DNA of 64,000 nt. Source: an uncultured Acidobacteriota bacterium (GTDB taxonomy: Bacteria > Acidobacteriota > Thermoanaerobaculia > Gp7-AA8). The position numbers and the translations under genes were made by a program. Positions 38,486 to 50,229 of this stretch are shown piece after piece (position 1 is the first letter of the stretch; every line of letters starts with the position of its first letter). The notes under the pieces were generated by a model. The model made no database searches. It saw only the letters and a list, made by a program, of their open reading frames with translations, and was not told the DNA's origin. The DNA is taken from contig CAWGHO010000003.1 in assembly GCA_963822445.1 (NCBI GenBank), positions 1,312,001 through 1,376,000 on the forward strand, written 5' to 3'.

Positions 38486-39616
38486 TCATGCCGCCGCCGC
38501 GCTCCAGTGCGAAGCCTCGCGAGGGATGCTGAAGTAGTAGCCCTGGGCCAGCTCGATGCCCAGCTCTCCTGCCGCGGCGGCCGTGGCCTCGGTCTCAATG
38601 CCCTCGAGGACCGTCGTGCAACCGAAGTCCCGGGCCAGGGACAGGACGTTGCGCACCACCCGCCGTTTGTCATGGTCCGACTCGAAGTCCGTTCCGAAGA
38701 CATTGCTGATCTTGAAGAAGGATGGACGCGTCATCGAGATCGTGCCGATGTGCGAGTACGCCGAAGCGTGATCGTCGAGGGCGAAGCGCACTCCGGCCTC
38801 GCGCAGCGCGCTGAACGTGCCCGCGCATACCGGATCCCCGGAAAGGGAGCTGCGCTCGGTGATCTCCAGAACGATCCTGCTCAGCGGGATGCCCGAACGC
38901 GCGGCCGTTGCCACGACTTCACCGGCCAGCAAAGGGTCACTGAAGGTCGGCGGATCGACGTTGATGAACACGAGCGATTCCCGCGGCAGCGCCGCGGCCG
39001 AGCGGATTGCCGAAACGATCGCCGCACGGTTGAGTGTGACCGCTCGCCCGGACCGCACCGCGTATTCGAAGAGCGCCTGGACGCCGCCGAGCGGCCATCC
39101 TCCGCGCAGGCGGGTCAGGGCCTCGAACGCATAGGGTGCTCCACGTTCACCACCCGTTCGAACGATCGGCTGAAACGCCGTCTCGATCCGCGCCTCCGCC
39201 AGGACCTCATCGATGTCAGGAACGCGAACGACCCTGTACGGCGAGTCCTCCAGCGCGGCACGGCCGATGATGGCTTCGAGCTCCGACGTGTCGAACGGCT
39301 TGCTGAGGATCGCAGTCACGCCGTAACCCGAAACGGCTCCGCGTAGGGCGTCGGAGAGGAACCCGGTCATGAGAACGATGCGCGCGCCCGGCACGCGCGT
39401 CCGGATCCGATCGACGAAATGAAGTCCCTCGAAGCCGAACAGCCCCGAAAACTGCACGTCGGAGACGATGTCGGTGACGGGGAAGGTCTTGAGCGCGAGC
39501 TCGGCCGCGTGCACGTCGGGGCAGATCACAACCGTCCGCCCCGGGCGCTCGAGCGCGACGGCCATGGCCTCGGTGATGAGGCGCTCGTCGTCGATCAGAA
39601 GGATGGTCTGGCGCAT
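38486..39616 (-). CDS. REC-EAL c-di-GMP phosphodiesterase-like response regulator
   Basis: ILLIDDE REC; FQPIV, EALTR, LEITE, ALDD, EGIET and QGYYF motifs. Confidence 0.9.
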   Translation of the reverse strand: MRQTILLIDDERLITEAMAVALERPGRTVVICPDVHAAELALKTFPVTDIVSDVQFSGLFGFEGLHFVDRIRTRVPGARIVLMTGFLSDALRGAVSGYGVTAILSKPFDTSELEAIIGRAALEDSPYRVVRVPDIDEVLAEARIETAFQPIVRTGGERGAPYAFEALTRLRGGWPLGGVQALFEYAVRSGRAVTLNRAAIVSAIRSAAALPRESLVFINVDPPTFSDPLLAGEVVATAARSGIPLSRIVLEITERSSLSGDPVCAGTFSALREAGVRFALDDHASAYSHIGTISMTRPSFFKISNVFGTDFESDHDKRRVVRNVLSLARDFGCTTVLEGIETEATAAAAGELGIELAQGYYFSIPREASHWSAAAA

Positions 39617-39624
39617 GGGCTTCC

Positions 39625-39984
39625 TTACGCGATCCGCGCGAGCTCCCGGGTGTTTGCGGCCAGGCCGTGGGTCTTCAGGTAGAAATCGACGTCGCCTGCA
39701 GCGAGCGCATACAGCACCCGATCTCCGCCGCGACCGACCGAGCTCAGAAACGCCGCGCCGTCCTGCTGGACCAGCATCACGTCGCCGGCAATCTCGTGCG
39801 GCAGGGAGGCGAGAAACTGCAGATACTCGTCGGCCGAGGCGCAGCGGTCGATGATGACGCGCTCCACGTCATGCACAGCGGCGGCCTCCCTCAGTCGCGC
39901 GAGAGAGCCGACGTAGAGCGTCCCCGGATGCTTCCAGGAATGCTTCGCGTCATTCGAAACGATCAGAGTCAGGCGCTTGGTCAT
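39625..39984 (-). CDS. Hypothetical 119 aa protein (possibly degenerate receiver fold)
   Basis: Co-oriented operon ORF with typical codon use; VERVIIDR...DVMLV beta/alpha pattern. Confidence 0.65.
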   Translation of the reverse strand: MTKRLTLIVSNDAKHSWKHPGTLYVGSLARLREAAAVHDVERVIIDRCASADEYLQFLASLPHEIAGDVMLVQQDGAAFLSSVGRGGDRVLYALAAGDVDFYLKTHGLAANTRELARIA

Positions 39985-39999
39985 GGCGGCCGCTTTCTC

Positions 40000-40131
40000 T
40001 CAGTGCAGATGCTTGAGCGTGAACGTGAGGACCGTGATCGCGAGCGCCGGGGCGCAGAGCGCGACGAACACGCGCCAGCTTTCGCGGCCGTGGCGGAGGT
40101 CGGTGAGGGTCTCGGTCATGAATCGGCTCAT
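40000..40131 (-). CDS. 43 aa single-TM microprotein (below ORF-track cutoff)
   Basis: AGGAG RBS; ATGA overlap with the upstream stop; MSRFMTETLTDLRHGRESWRVFVALCAPALAITVLTFTLKHLH*. Confidence 0.65.
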   Translation of the reverse strand: MSRFMTETLTDLRHGRESWRVFVALCAPALAITVLTFTLKHLH

Positions 40132-40472
40132 TTCAGGTCTCCTTCTTGATTGGCGGGGGATGGAAGAGGAACTTCACGGAATCCGAACTGGTCGCGCGGC
40201 CATACTTCGAGCGGCAACGAACGGCCATTGATGGTGTAGCTGGTGCGGCGGCGCGAGGCGATCAGCTCGATCGAGCCCTCGGCCGGCACGGTGTAGGTGT
40301 CTCCCGCATACCGGAACTCCTGTCCGGGCCTGCCCATGAAGCGGTAGCCGACCGTGGAGATGTTGCAGGTGACGGCCGGTTCCTGGACGGTCCTGGCCCG
40401 CTTGAAGAGAGCGCCGAGGTCGATCTCGACGTTGATCGAGGCGGTGAGGATGAGGGCTGCTGCGAGGGTCAT
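40128..40472 (-). CDS. Small hypothetical exported protein (114 aa)
   Basis: GGAG RBS; hydrophobic N-terminus; beta-rich body GYRFMGRPGQEFRYAGDTY. Confidence 0.7.
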   Translation of the reverse strand: MTLAAALILTASINVEIDLGALFKRARTVQEPAVTCNISTVGYRFMGRPGQEFRYAGDTYTVPAEGSIELIASRRRTSYTINGRSLPLEVWPRDQFGFREVPLPSPANQEGDLK

Positions 40473-40503
40473 TTGATCTGGGTCTCCGTTGCGCTTCCAC
40501 TAG

Positions 40504-40519
40504 TCCAAGACTGGCACCA
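40504..40519 (-). promoter_or_regulatory. Candidate sigma54 -24/-12 promoter
   Basis: TGGTGC-CAGTC-TTGGA on the minus strand (consensus TGGCAC-N5-TTGCW; the -12 C is replaced); divergent from a sigma54 activator. Confidence 0.4.
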
Positions 40520-40620
40520 CGACCCGAAAAGCGGCCAAACTCAAGACAGGAAGCGACTTATCTACAGACACATCCGTGGCGCTTGTGTTTGACATCAATA
40601 CAAGTGTCTAATTTCCGGTC

Positions 40621-41970
<1,350 letters not shown>

Positions 41971-42009
41971 GGCAGAGCCGCCGCACTCCAACGGCCACAG
42001 CGTCGCCAG

Positions 42010-42336
42010 TCACTTTCCAGGCATCAGGAGTCTGACGCCTGAGTCGACGACCGCCCGAAGTACTTTCATGGCATTGGGGTGCGGATCTGCCGTCGGGTTG
42101 TCTCGCGTGTAAAGCACGCCCCCACCTCTGGCAGCGAGTCTTGTGAGCTCCTGCTTCAATTCTTCGAGCGTCACTTCACGTCCGTCGGCTGTTATGACGC
42201 CGCGCGAGGTTATGTGTACGGCGAGGATCTCCTCGGGAAACGTGGGGCGAGGCGGTTGATCAACCTGAGTACACGCAGCGAGGATGGCCGCGAACAGGAG
42301 GACGAGTGCAACTCGCGCAAACGGCGTGAATTTCAT
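42010..42336 (-). CDS. Small lipoprotein with an ExbD/TolR-like periplasmic domain
   Basis: Lipobox LAAC; VHITSRGVITADGREVTLEELKQEL...AMKVLRAV. Confidence 0.6.
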   Translation of the reverse strand: MKFTPFARVALVLLFAAILAACTQVDQPPRPTFPEEILAVHITSRGVITADGREVTLEELKQELTRLAARGGGVLYTRDNPTADPHPNAMKVLRAVVDSGVRLLMPGK

Positions 42337-42349
42337 AACGCGAGTATAG

Positions 42350-43170
42350 CTACGGTCGCGAGTCGCGAGCAGCTCCCACCAACTCCTCATAGCTGCCTTC
42401 GAAAAATGAGACATTGTGAAACGCTTCTCTTGCGATTGCCTCAGCCACATCTCGAGCCTGCTCTTGATCGCGTCCGAACACGACGACACGCGTATTGTGA
42501 TCGTTCATCGGCAGCCGGCCGTCGTCCTTGGCAGTCTTGATTTCGCCGACATCTTTGCCCGGCAGCACGAGAGACCGGGGAATGTTTCTGGCGCCGGCGA
42601 CCGAGCTCGCGGAGAACTCTGGCCGGTCACGCGCATCTATGAAGACGGCCGTTTCGGTCCTGAGCCAGGACGTAACGGATGCCCTCGGGCTCAATGACCA
42701 TGACCTTTCCCAACGCGCGCCAGACGGGAGCTCCGAGCTGATAACGTCGCATGTCCGAGTAGCCCGCGGCAAGTAGCTCGTCGCTGAGACGCTTGCTCTT
42801 TCCGCAGAAGGGGCCATTGCAGTACAGGATGAGCGGCTGGGCTTTGTTGCCGTTGACGAGCCGTTCGATCTCGGCGACATCCGACACATAAAGCGCTATT
42901 GAGGTATCGGGCTTCGGCGCCACGTTCAAGGCGCCCGGGATGCGGCTGATCGCCCACTCCAGGCGTCGTCGCGTGTCGAGCACGACGACACCACCGCTCC
43001 GAGCTGCGGCCTCCAATCTCTTCCGTCGAGATGTTGCGTGTTGCAACATCCGGTTCGGAAAGCGTTGCCGAAAAAATTGTCTGGGCCTGCTGCTCCCGAT
43101 GATCTCGTATGGCGCACGACACAAGCGCGGACAATGCCATCACAGTAACGAACGTCCGACGCGGCTGCAT
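42350..43170 (-). pseudogene. Tandem rhodanese-domain protein with two frameshifts (pseudogene or sequencing error)
   Basis: Three track ORFs join: NISTEE|LEAAARSGGVVVLDTR...IPGALN...LYCNGPFCGKSKR...|AVFIDARD...GARNIP. Confidence 0.75.
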
Positions 43171-43242
43171 GATGACCATTCGACTGCTGTCAGTCTGCGA
43201 GCGCAGGAATCGCACGCGCGTGGGTTTCTCCGCGCGACGCCG

Positions 43243-44076
43243 CTAATCTGTTCGCACAAGCAGCGCCAGGCTCGTCACGTTTGACCCCAGTTTTGTAGGC
43301 CAAGGTAATCGCCCGAGCGGTAGAACGACGAATGAACTACCCTCCGCCTCGAGCCGTTGTGTCGCCAGAAATGGGCCGGGAATGACCACATTGTTGGACC
43401 ACAATGGTTTCGCTCCGGGGAAGAAGTCGTGAAGCAGGATTACACCATTCGGATTGAGCAATCTCAATGCAGCCGGTATCTCGCGGTAGACCACGTCCGC
43501 GGCATGATTGCCGTCAAGGAAGATGAAATCAAATTTCCTTTTACAGCTCCTCATATAATCCAAGGAACTGGCTGTAACAAACTCAGCGACGTCTGTGCAA
43601 CCCATGCGACCGATCATGTCGGCCGGCGAATTCGCGGTGCCGTGTTGCAACCAGGGCCTCGACACCGGCTCATTTACATCGACAACGTCTACGGAGATCA
43701 GGCAGGCGCCGTCTTCTGCCACGGTATTCCGGCAACTAGTGATGGCGGCGGCGATGTGCACGGTCGACGCACCGATGTGGGTGCCGATTTCCAGGACGGA
43801 ACGGGCCTGGAGATAGCTGACGAGATAAAAGATCGCCCTCCTGTCTCCTGGATTCACGCCCCCGGTCCCGTCCGGTATTTCAAACGCACGAAGCGCCGGC
43901 ATCACCTCCATCCATGCCGTATCGATCTCTCCGGAAGTGAAGATCTCGTCTAACCTGACGCGATCAGCGGCACATAACAATGCCGCGTTGCAGTCGAGGA
44001 CGGACACACGTTTGAGCCGCCTTGTCTCCTGACGTAGCTTCCAGACGTTTCTAAAAGATTCGAACACTCGATTCAC
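43243..44076 (-). CDS. Class I SAM-dependent methyltransferase (Methyltransf_24-like)
   Basis: VLEIGTHIGAST, FDFIFLDGNH and LNPNGVILLHD motifs; lower GC than flanks. Confidence 0.88.
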   Translation of the reverse strand: MNRVFESFRNVWKLRQETRRLKRVSVLDCNAALLCAADRVRLDEIFTSGEIDTAWMEVMPALRAFEIPDGTGGVNPGDRRAIFYLVSYLQARSVLEIGTHIGASTVHIAAAITSCRNTVAEDGACLISVDVVDVNEPVSRPWLQHGTANSPADMIGRMGCTDVAEFVTASSLDYMRSCKRKFDFIFLDGNHAADVVYREIPAALRLLNPNGVILLHDFFPGAKPLWSNNVVIPGPFLATQRLEAEGSSFVVLPLGRLPWPTKLGSNVTSLALLVRTD

Positions 44077-44218
44077 GCCTCACCGAAGTGGGGCATGGTA
44101 TACGAAGCGCCTTGGTCGACTGTCGCTTTCGCTTTGTCTCTCGCAACCATGTTTTGCGCGCAGGAATGTGGAAGCGACCGAGGCGATGACTTTGCGAGGG
44201 TTCTCTGTTCAACGTGTC

Positions 44219-44411
44219 GGCTAACGTCTATCGCCTCAGCGGCGGCGAGGCCCCGGAAGCATGCGGCAAAGCGGCGCGGCGCTTGCCGAAACTAACGAGA
44301 TGTCGGCGGGCGCGATCTGCAAGCGGCGTGACGCCGTGCATTCCACGACACGGCAGGCAGCTCGGCTGCCGGACCGAAGCCGGGCGCACCAGCTACAACG
44401 TGAAGTTAGGC
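44219..44411 (+). mobile_element. attC-like element (193 bp; divergent right arm)
   Basis: GGCTAACGTCTATCGCCTCAGCGGCGGCGAGG...GAAGTTAGGC; left two-thirds nearly identical to the 22986 copy. Confidence 0.8.
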
Positions 44412-44680
44412 CGACGTGATTACAGCGCTTCGAGTAACGGACGATCTCGCTTAGCCGCGCCTCTTCGTACGGCGGCGACGCCGCACCACGTCAGGCGTCG
44501 CGATTTGGTCCGGTTCCGCTTCGAAGCTCGTGCAATTTAGACATGCCTACTCGGTAGTACTCACGCTGCGAGCCCGACTGTTCGTGCGTCACCTCGGTGT
44601 TGCTGGCTCTGTCAGCTGGATGAGTCGGGACATGCGACTCACGCAACGCTGAATCAGGTTCGAGGTAGAATCCGGAGATC

Positions 44681-44902
44681 ATGCGAGTAGCCTCTGGTCG
44701 CGTAATCGATGGGCGAGTTGAGCTGATGGGCACGGAACTTCCTGAGGGTGCAGCTGTTACCGTCCTCCTCAGCGAAGGTGACGAAACGTTTGAGGCAGAT
44801 CCCGAAACCGAACGGATGCTTCTCGCGTCGATCGCGCAGTGCGAGCGCGGACAGACCGTACCGTTCGAAACGGTGCTTGAGGAGCTTCGGCGGCGCGGGT
44901 GA
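44681..44902 (+). CDS. Putative antitoxin
   Basis: 73 aa acidic protein (LLASIAQCERGQTVPFETVLEELR) overlapping the toxin gene by GTGA; TAGAAT -10 just upstream. Confidence 0.75.
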   Translation: MRVASGRVIDGRVELMGTELPEGAAVTVLLSEGDETFEADPETERMLLASIAQCERGQTVPFETVLEELRRRG

Positions 44903-45213
44903 ACGGGCCGTTACACATCGAAGTCAGCGAGCTTGCTGACCGACAGATTCAAGAAGCGGATGTCTGGTGGCGCGAGAACCGTCGAAAGGCACCGAACGCC
45001 ATTCGTGAGGAACTCGAGCGTATCGGTTCGCTCATAGCGTTTCAGCCTCACTTGGGTGCGCGTGCTACGAACGTCAGTCTGCGCGGTGTACGTCGCATTC
45101 ACATCGAACGGATTCACTACGATCTGTATTACAGAACAGTTGGTTCGCCTCCCGAATACGTGGAGATCGTAGCGTTCTGGGGATCGCGCCGTGGGAGTGA
45201 CCCTCCCATCTAG
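44899..45213 (+). CDS. RelE/ParE family toxin
   Basis: IEVSELADRQIQEADVWW...QPHLG...GVRRIHIERIHYDLYYR...VEIVAFW. Confidence 0.82.
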   Translation: MNGPLHIEVSELADRQIQEADVWWRENRRKAPNAIREELERIGSLIAFQPHLGARATNVSLRGVRRIHIERIHYDLYYRTVGSPPEYVEIVAFWGSRRGSDPPI

Positions 45214-45218
45214 CCGCG

Positions 45219-45416
45219 GGCTAACTACTGCCAGCAGCGGACGGCGGGCCGTTCGCCGCGCCCGGCGGCCGAGCCGCCTACTACATCCCGAGACGCACGA
45301 CGTCACGCCGCTTGCAGATCGCGCCCGCCGACATGTTCGTTAGTTGCGGCAAGCGGCGCGCCGCTCTGCCGCTCGCGCGTGGGGCCTCGCCGCCGCTGAG
45401 GCGATAGACGTTAGGC
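45219..45416 (-). mobile_element. attC-like element in inverted orientation (198 bp)
   Basis: Reverse complement reads GCCTAACGTCTATCGCCTCAGCGGCGGCGAGG...CCGTCCGCTGCTGGCAGTAGTTAGCC. Confidence 0.85.
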
Positions 45417-45582
45417 CGCAGCCCCAGTTGCGGGAGGCTTCGGGCAACATAATGGAAGGAACAGTTCCTCGAATGCTTAACTGGTCGGTGACGATGGAGC
45501 GCTGCACCGCGCGGCAAGAACTTCAACCTGTCTCGAGTACCACGATTACGCGCTCAACATGCGTCTCGCGGCGATTTCCCTG

Positions 45583-48500
45583 TTACCGCGGCTGCTCCAC
45601 AATCACGGGTCGCAGGTTGTCCGACCAGTTGCGATCGATGAGGAGCAGCTGCGGATCCACGCCGGCGCGCGCCGGTGTCCCTTTGACCACCACGGAGATT
45701 CTCTGCCGGCCGGAGCGGATGCGATGCTTCTGAAGGTAGAGCGGATCGGCGACCGCATCGCCGTACACTCCGATGTCAACAAAGTCGTTCATCGGGACTT
45801 CCGTCTCTTTCCCGCTTCCGTCGGATCGGAGCTTCTGCGCTTCGATGTCGAGCGTCACGCGCCACGCGCCGTTTCCTGAGGGCTCCGCTGCGATGGCAGT
45901 CGTGCGAAGATTCCAGAGAGTGATGGTCTCCAAAAGGTCCTGCAGCAAATAGTGGTACTCCGGCGGTGTCGCGCCTTTCAGCTCGCGATAGAGATCGCGT
46001 GACGTGGCAAACGGCGGGTGACCGGAACCATGTGCCGCGACGAGCCGGCGCAATGCCGCATTCAGCGGTCCCTCACCGACGTATTGTCGAAGCGCGTACA
46101 TGACCAGTGGTCCCTTTTGGTCAACCACATTCGCGTGGTTCGTGACCTCGAGGAGCGGAACCTCAGGATGATCCGCCTTGCTACGCTGGTTCAGGTACTC
46201 GATACGCGTGTTCCAAAGAAACCGGCGCACCATGTCCATTCCGTAAAGCTTCTCCATGACCATGAGTGCGCCGTGCTGAGCGAGGACCTCGCTGACCGCC
46301 GGCGCCCCTTCGACGGCGGCAGGCATGACCTGAAAACCCCACCACTGGCGCGCGACCTCGCGCGCCACAGTCATCGAAGCGAGATCGAAATCGCGCGACT
46401 GGTCCACTTTCGTCAGCCATCCCGTCGCCTCGGCCTGGGCGATCGTGCCGGGATAGGCGTGGGCCAGATTGGCGTACCGCGGAAACTCGACGATGCGGAT
46501 CTGCCGGTGCGGATAGGGACCGAATGTGTTCGTGTAGTAATCGAGCGAGGCTCGCACACCCCTCGCGAACCGCTCCACGTTGAAGATGTGGGTCGGGTGG
46601 TAGTAAAGCTCGATGACCACACCCTTCCACGTCTCGCGATGCACTGCGTACCTGGCAGAGAAAATGGCAAACGTGTTCCTGACAGGCCGCTCGGTGGCGT
46701 AATGGAAGTAGCGTCGCCCGTTCTCGGTCCAGGTCCGCAGCAACGTTCCCGGAGAGACGGCGGTCTGCTCAGGCGATGTGCCGATCACCGCCTCGAACGT
46801 GATCGTCTCGGCCCCCGCGGCATCTTCCACGAGCGAACGCGGAGGGAGGCCGTGCTCGCGTCGCACGTGAGCGAGTGACAACTCGCGACTCGGCTGATAC
46901 CCGACGAGCGGAAGCCAGCGTCGACGATTCACAGGCCCTCCGCCGTCGTGATCGAAGTACGTGCCATTGCGGACGACCGAAGTATTCGGATTGCTGTTCG
47001 GGAATCCGCGCGGCACGAACCGGACGTCGAACGTCATCTGGAGCGAATGGCCCCGCTCCAGCGCGTGCGCCAGATCCACCGTACGATGCCCGAGTGTGTC
47101 GTCCGCGATGACGACGCGGCTCTCCCGATCGAACGACACGGCGCGAGTCTCGACCTCAGGACTGAGAAAGAGATGAATCGTGCGGATCGGGGCCGCCGTT
47201 TCGTTGACCAGCGTATACGTGCCGCGGACGTCGACGACGCGTCGTTCGGGATAGATCTCCACATGCAACTTCGTGCCTATCACCGTCGGTCGCGGCGCGT
47301 TTTCGAATTTCCCATACCGGCGCTCGTACTCGGCACTTTGCTCGGCCGCCTCGAACGGTGTGCGATACCCGGTAAGGACGTTCGTGTTGTAGAAGATGAA
47401 CCCTCCGGCGCCGATGACGATCAGCGCCGCCAGAGCGGTGGCGACGGCGGCGCGACGACCAAACCGCTGCCGCGCCAGTCTCAGTCGCGTTCTGACTCCT
47501 CGATCGCGTCCGCGGATCCACAGGAGTCCGGCGATCACCGCGAACAACAATGCCCAGCCGCCCCAGTAGAGCCTGAACCAGAGCACGGGCTCGAGGAAGG
47601 GACCGAACTGGCTGATGTCCGAGTAGGTCCACCCGGGTGCGCGGCCGTAGACGAGCAGATTGTGATGCAGGCCGAAGCGCGCCGCGAACATCGTGAAGAG
47701 ATGGCAGATCACGACGACGACGTGCCCGAGGTATTTGTTGTCGACCACGACGTGGACCAGCATCGCCAGCGCGGCGAGGAGCAGGTAGTCCGCAAGCTCG
47801 AGACCGAAGAGGATGCGCAGGTAGAGACCGATCTCGAGATGGAAATACCCGCCCGCAAGTTGTGCGATCAATCCCGACGCCATCAGAATCGCCTGCAGCG
47901 TCACGAGCACCAGCACGAGGGCGGCGAACTTGCCGGCGTAGAGGATCCAGTCGGGGACCGGGGTGGCGTCCGCGATCTCGGCGATCCCCACACTCCGCTC
48001 GCGGTGCACGAGCTCACCCGCATAGAACGTCGTCAGCAGCGCCATCGTTAGCGCGGGAAAAAAGCTCACGAGGTACTCGGTAATGAACTGCGTCAGTGGC
48101 CACAGCGGCGTGCGGAAGTCGTCGCTGATCGTCTCCGTTCCGAGCGACAGGACCATGATCGCCTGAAGGACGGCGATGACCGCGAAGTCGCGGCTGAATA
48201 CGAGCTCCCGCGCCGACTCACCAGCGGTTGCAACGAGCTGGCGGATCCGGGTTCGCCCATCGAACGAGGCGTTGAAGGGTCGCGGCGATAGACGAGCTCG
48301 CGAAACGTCCACCCGATCTTCGCGACGGCCTTTCTGGCGCGCTGAGGCGACATTCGTCCGGAACCGCCATCGCGTGAAGAGCAGGATCGCGGCCGCCGCG
48401 CCGGCCCAGAGCAGGCGGTTCCAGAGGAGTGAGGCGTCGACGTTCAGAGGTCGCGTGTTCTTCTCATGGTTCGTCCAGAACTCCCAATTCTCACTGAGGG

Positions 48501-49149
48501 CGACGAATCCGAGCGGATCACTGAGGGCGGCGAGACCCGCAAGACCGCGTTCTCCTTCGATGTACTCTTCGAGCATCAGCCCGCCGAGAAACACGAATGC
48601 GGCGGTGGCGAAAACGGCAAGCGTGCGCCGGGTGAGAACGCCGACGCCGAACAGAAGTGCGCCGGTGAAGAGAACGTTCGGCAGCAGAAGGACGATCGCG
48701 GGCTGCACATATGCAGCCGCACGGAACGGGCCGAGCAGCTCCGCCTTCACGAACGGGGGCCGCATGAGCAGCATCAACAGAATCGGGACGACGCTCACGA
48801 AGAGAACGTTGACCAGCAGCGTCCCGGCGAAGCGTCCGGCAAGATACTGGGTCTTCGTGATCGGCGAGGTCGCGAACAGCGAAAACATCCGGGTATCGTG
48901 GTCCCGCAGGGCGGCCTCGCTGAAGAGCGCCGCGCTGATCACGAGCCCGAGCATGCTGACCAGAACGGTGGCCATGCCAACCAGCGAAGGAGCGTTCGCG
49001 TGCAGATCGCCTGCGCTCTTCGCCTCACCAACGAGCACTCCCATGGCCATCAGGCAGGCCACAGCGACGAATACCGCGAAGAGGATCCAGGTGTAGGGAC
49101 GGCGCAGCCGGTAGTCGATCTCGAAACGGACGACTTCGAGAAAGTTCAT
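45583..49149 (-). CDS. ABC-2 permease x2 / M1 aminopeptidase-like fusion protein
   Basis: Two multi-TM permease halves, then FGPYPHRQIRIVEFPRY...AREVARQWWG...SEVLAQ...KGPLVMYAL. Confidence 0.9.
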   Translation of the reverse strand: MNFLEVVRFEIDYRLRRPYTWILFAVFVAVACLMAMGVLVGEAKSAGDLHANAPSLVGMATVLVSMLGLVISAALFSEAALRDHDTRMFSLFATSPITKTQYLAGRFAGTLLVNVLFVSVVPILLMLLMRPPFVKAELLGPFRAAAYVQPAIVLLLPNVLFTGALLFGVGVLTRRTLAVFATAAFVFLGGLMLEEYIEGERGLAGLAALSDPLGFVALSENWEFWTNHEKNTRPLNVDASLLWNRLLWAGAAAAILLFTRWRFRTNVASARQKGRREDRVDVSRARLSPRPFNASFDGRTRIRQLVATAGESARELVFSRDFAVIAVLQAIMVLSLGTETISDDFRTPLWPLTQFITEYLVSFFPALTMALLTTFYAGELVHRERSVGIAEIADATPVPDWILYAGKFAALVLVLVTLQAILMASGLIAQLAGGYFHLEIGLYLRILFGLELADYLLLAALAMLVHVVVDNKYLGHVVVVICHLFTMFAARFGLHHNLLVYGRAPGWTYSDISQFGPFLEPVLWFRLYWGGWALLFAVIAGLLWIRGRDRGVRTRLRLARQRFGRRAAVATALAALIVIGAGGFIFYNTNVLTGYRTPFEAAEQSAEYERRYGKFENAPRPTVIGTKLHVEIYPERRVVDVRGTYTLVNETAAPIRTIHLFLSPEVETRAVSFDRESRVVIADDTLGHRTVDLAHALERGHSLQMTFDVRFVPRGFPNSNPNTSVVRNGTYFDHDGGGPVNRRRWLPLVGYQPSRELSLAHVRREHGLPPRSLVEDAAGAETITFEAVIGTSPEQTAVSPGTLLRTWTENGRRYFHYATERPVRNTFAIFSARYAVHRETWKGVVIELYYHPTHIFNVERFARGVRASLDYYTNTFGPYPHRQIRIVEFPRYANLAHAYPGTIAQAEATGWLTKVDQSRDFDLASMTVAREVARQWWGFQVMPAAVEGAPAVSEVLAQHGALMVMEKLYGMDMVRRFLWNTRIEYLNQRSKADHPEVPLLEVTNHANVVDQKGPLVMYALRQYVGEGPLNAALRRLVAAHGSGHPPFATSRDLYRELKGATPPEYHYLLQDLLETITLWNLRTTAIAAEPSGNGAWRVTLDIEAQKLRSDGSGKETEVPMNDFVDIGVYGDAVADPLYLQKHRIRSGRQRISVVVKGTPARAGVDPQLLLIDRNWSDNLRPVIVEQPR

Positions 49150-50045
49150 GACTGCGCCGTTGCGCCCGCGCCGGAGTGGCCTGACATGGCGCTGAAGTAG
49201 ACATCCTCGAGATCGGGTGCGACCGCCTCGAATCCCTCACCGGGCGAGCCGTCGCGGAACACGTGGGCGATGGTCCGCCCGGCCAGGAGCTTCGTGGAGA
49301 TCACTGCGTGCTCGCGCTCGAGCGCCGCCAGTTCGTCCCTGCTGACGACTCGCCTCCAGATCTTCCCCTGAAGATCGCCGACAGCGCGATGCGGCTCACT
49401 CTCCAGAAGAATTCGCCCTCTGTCGATGATCGCCATCCGCGTGCAGAGCTCGGAGACGTCTTCCACGATGTGCGTCGACAGGATGACGACGCTCTTCTCA
49501 CCCAACTCGGCGAGGAGGTTCAGGAAGCGGACGCGCTCTGCTGGATCGAGACCGGCAGTGGGCTCGTCGACGATGAGGAGTCCTGGATTGCCGATCATCG
49601 CAATGGCGACACCGAATCGTTGACGCATTCCACCAGAGAAGCCACCGAGCTTCTGCTTCCGCACGTCCCAGAGATTCGTTTGGCGGAGAAGCGACTCGAC
49701 CACATCCCTCCGCTCCCCTCGCCGCGTAATGCCGCGGAGGACGGCAAAGTGATTCAGCAACCGCTCGGCCGTGGTCTTCGGATAGACGCCGAACTCCTGC
49801 GGCAGGTAGCCCAATGTCTTGCGCACCTCGTCTTTCTGCCGCAGGACATCGAGCGACCCGAGATGGATCTCCCCCTCGTCGGGCTCCTGGAGGGTGGCGA
49901 TCGTGCGCATGAGCGTCGACTTGCCGGCGCCGTTCGGGCCGAGAAGTCCGTACATGCCGGGTGGAATGGTCAGACTGATGCGCTGCAGCGCATGGACGCC
50001 ATTCGGATAGGTTTTCGACACATCGCGGATCCGGAGGTCTGGCAA
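49146..50045 (-). CDS. ABC transporter ATP-binding protein
   Basis: GPNGAGKS, FSGGMRQR, IVDEPTAGLD, LSTH. Confidence 0.95.
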   Translation of the reverse strand: MPDLRIRDVSKTYPNGVHALQRISLTIPPGMYGLLGPNGAGKSTLMRTIATLQEPDEGEIHLGSLDVLRQKDEVRKTLGYLPQEFGVYPKTTAERLLNHFAVLRGITRRGERRDVVESLLRQTNLWDVRKQKLGGFSGGMRQRFGVAIAMIGNPGLLIVDEPTAGLDPAERVRFLNLLAELGEKSVVILSTHIVEDVSELCTRMAIIDRGRILLESEPHRAVGDLQGKIWRRVVSRDELAALEREHAVISTKLLAGRTIAHVFRDGSPGEGFEAVAPDLEDVYFSAMSGHSGAGATAQS

Positions 50046-50229
50046 AGGGTTTCTCCCTGACCATAGTTACGTCCGTCGGGCCAGGAGGTATACAGCGGCG
50101 GCAGCGGAGCTCATTCATGATCGCCGCGTGCGGATCCGTGCGCGCGCGTTCACGTGATCGATGGGCGGTGGGGAAGTCCGATGCTGAAGTCGAAGTCGGG
50201 CATCGCGCTCCAGGGTTCAGCACTCGCTC

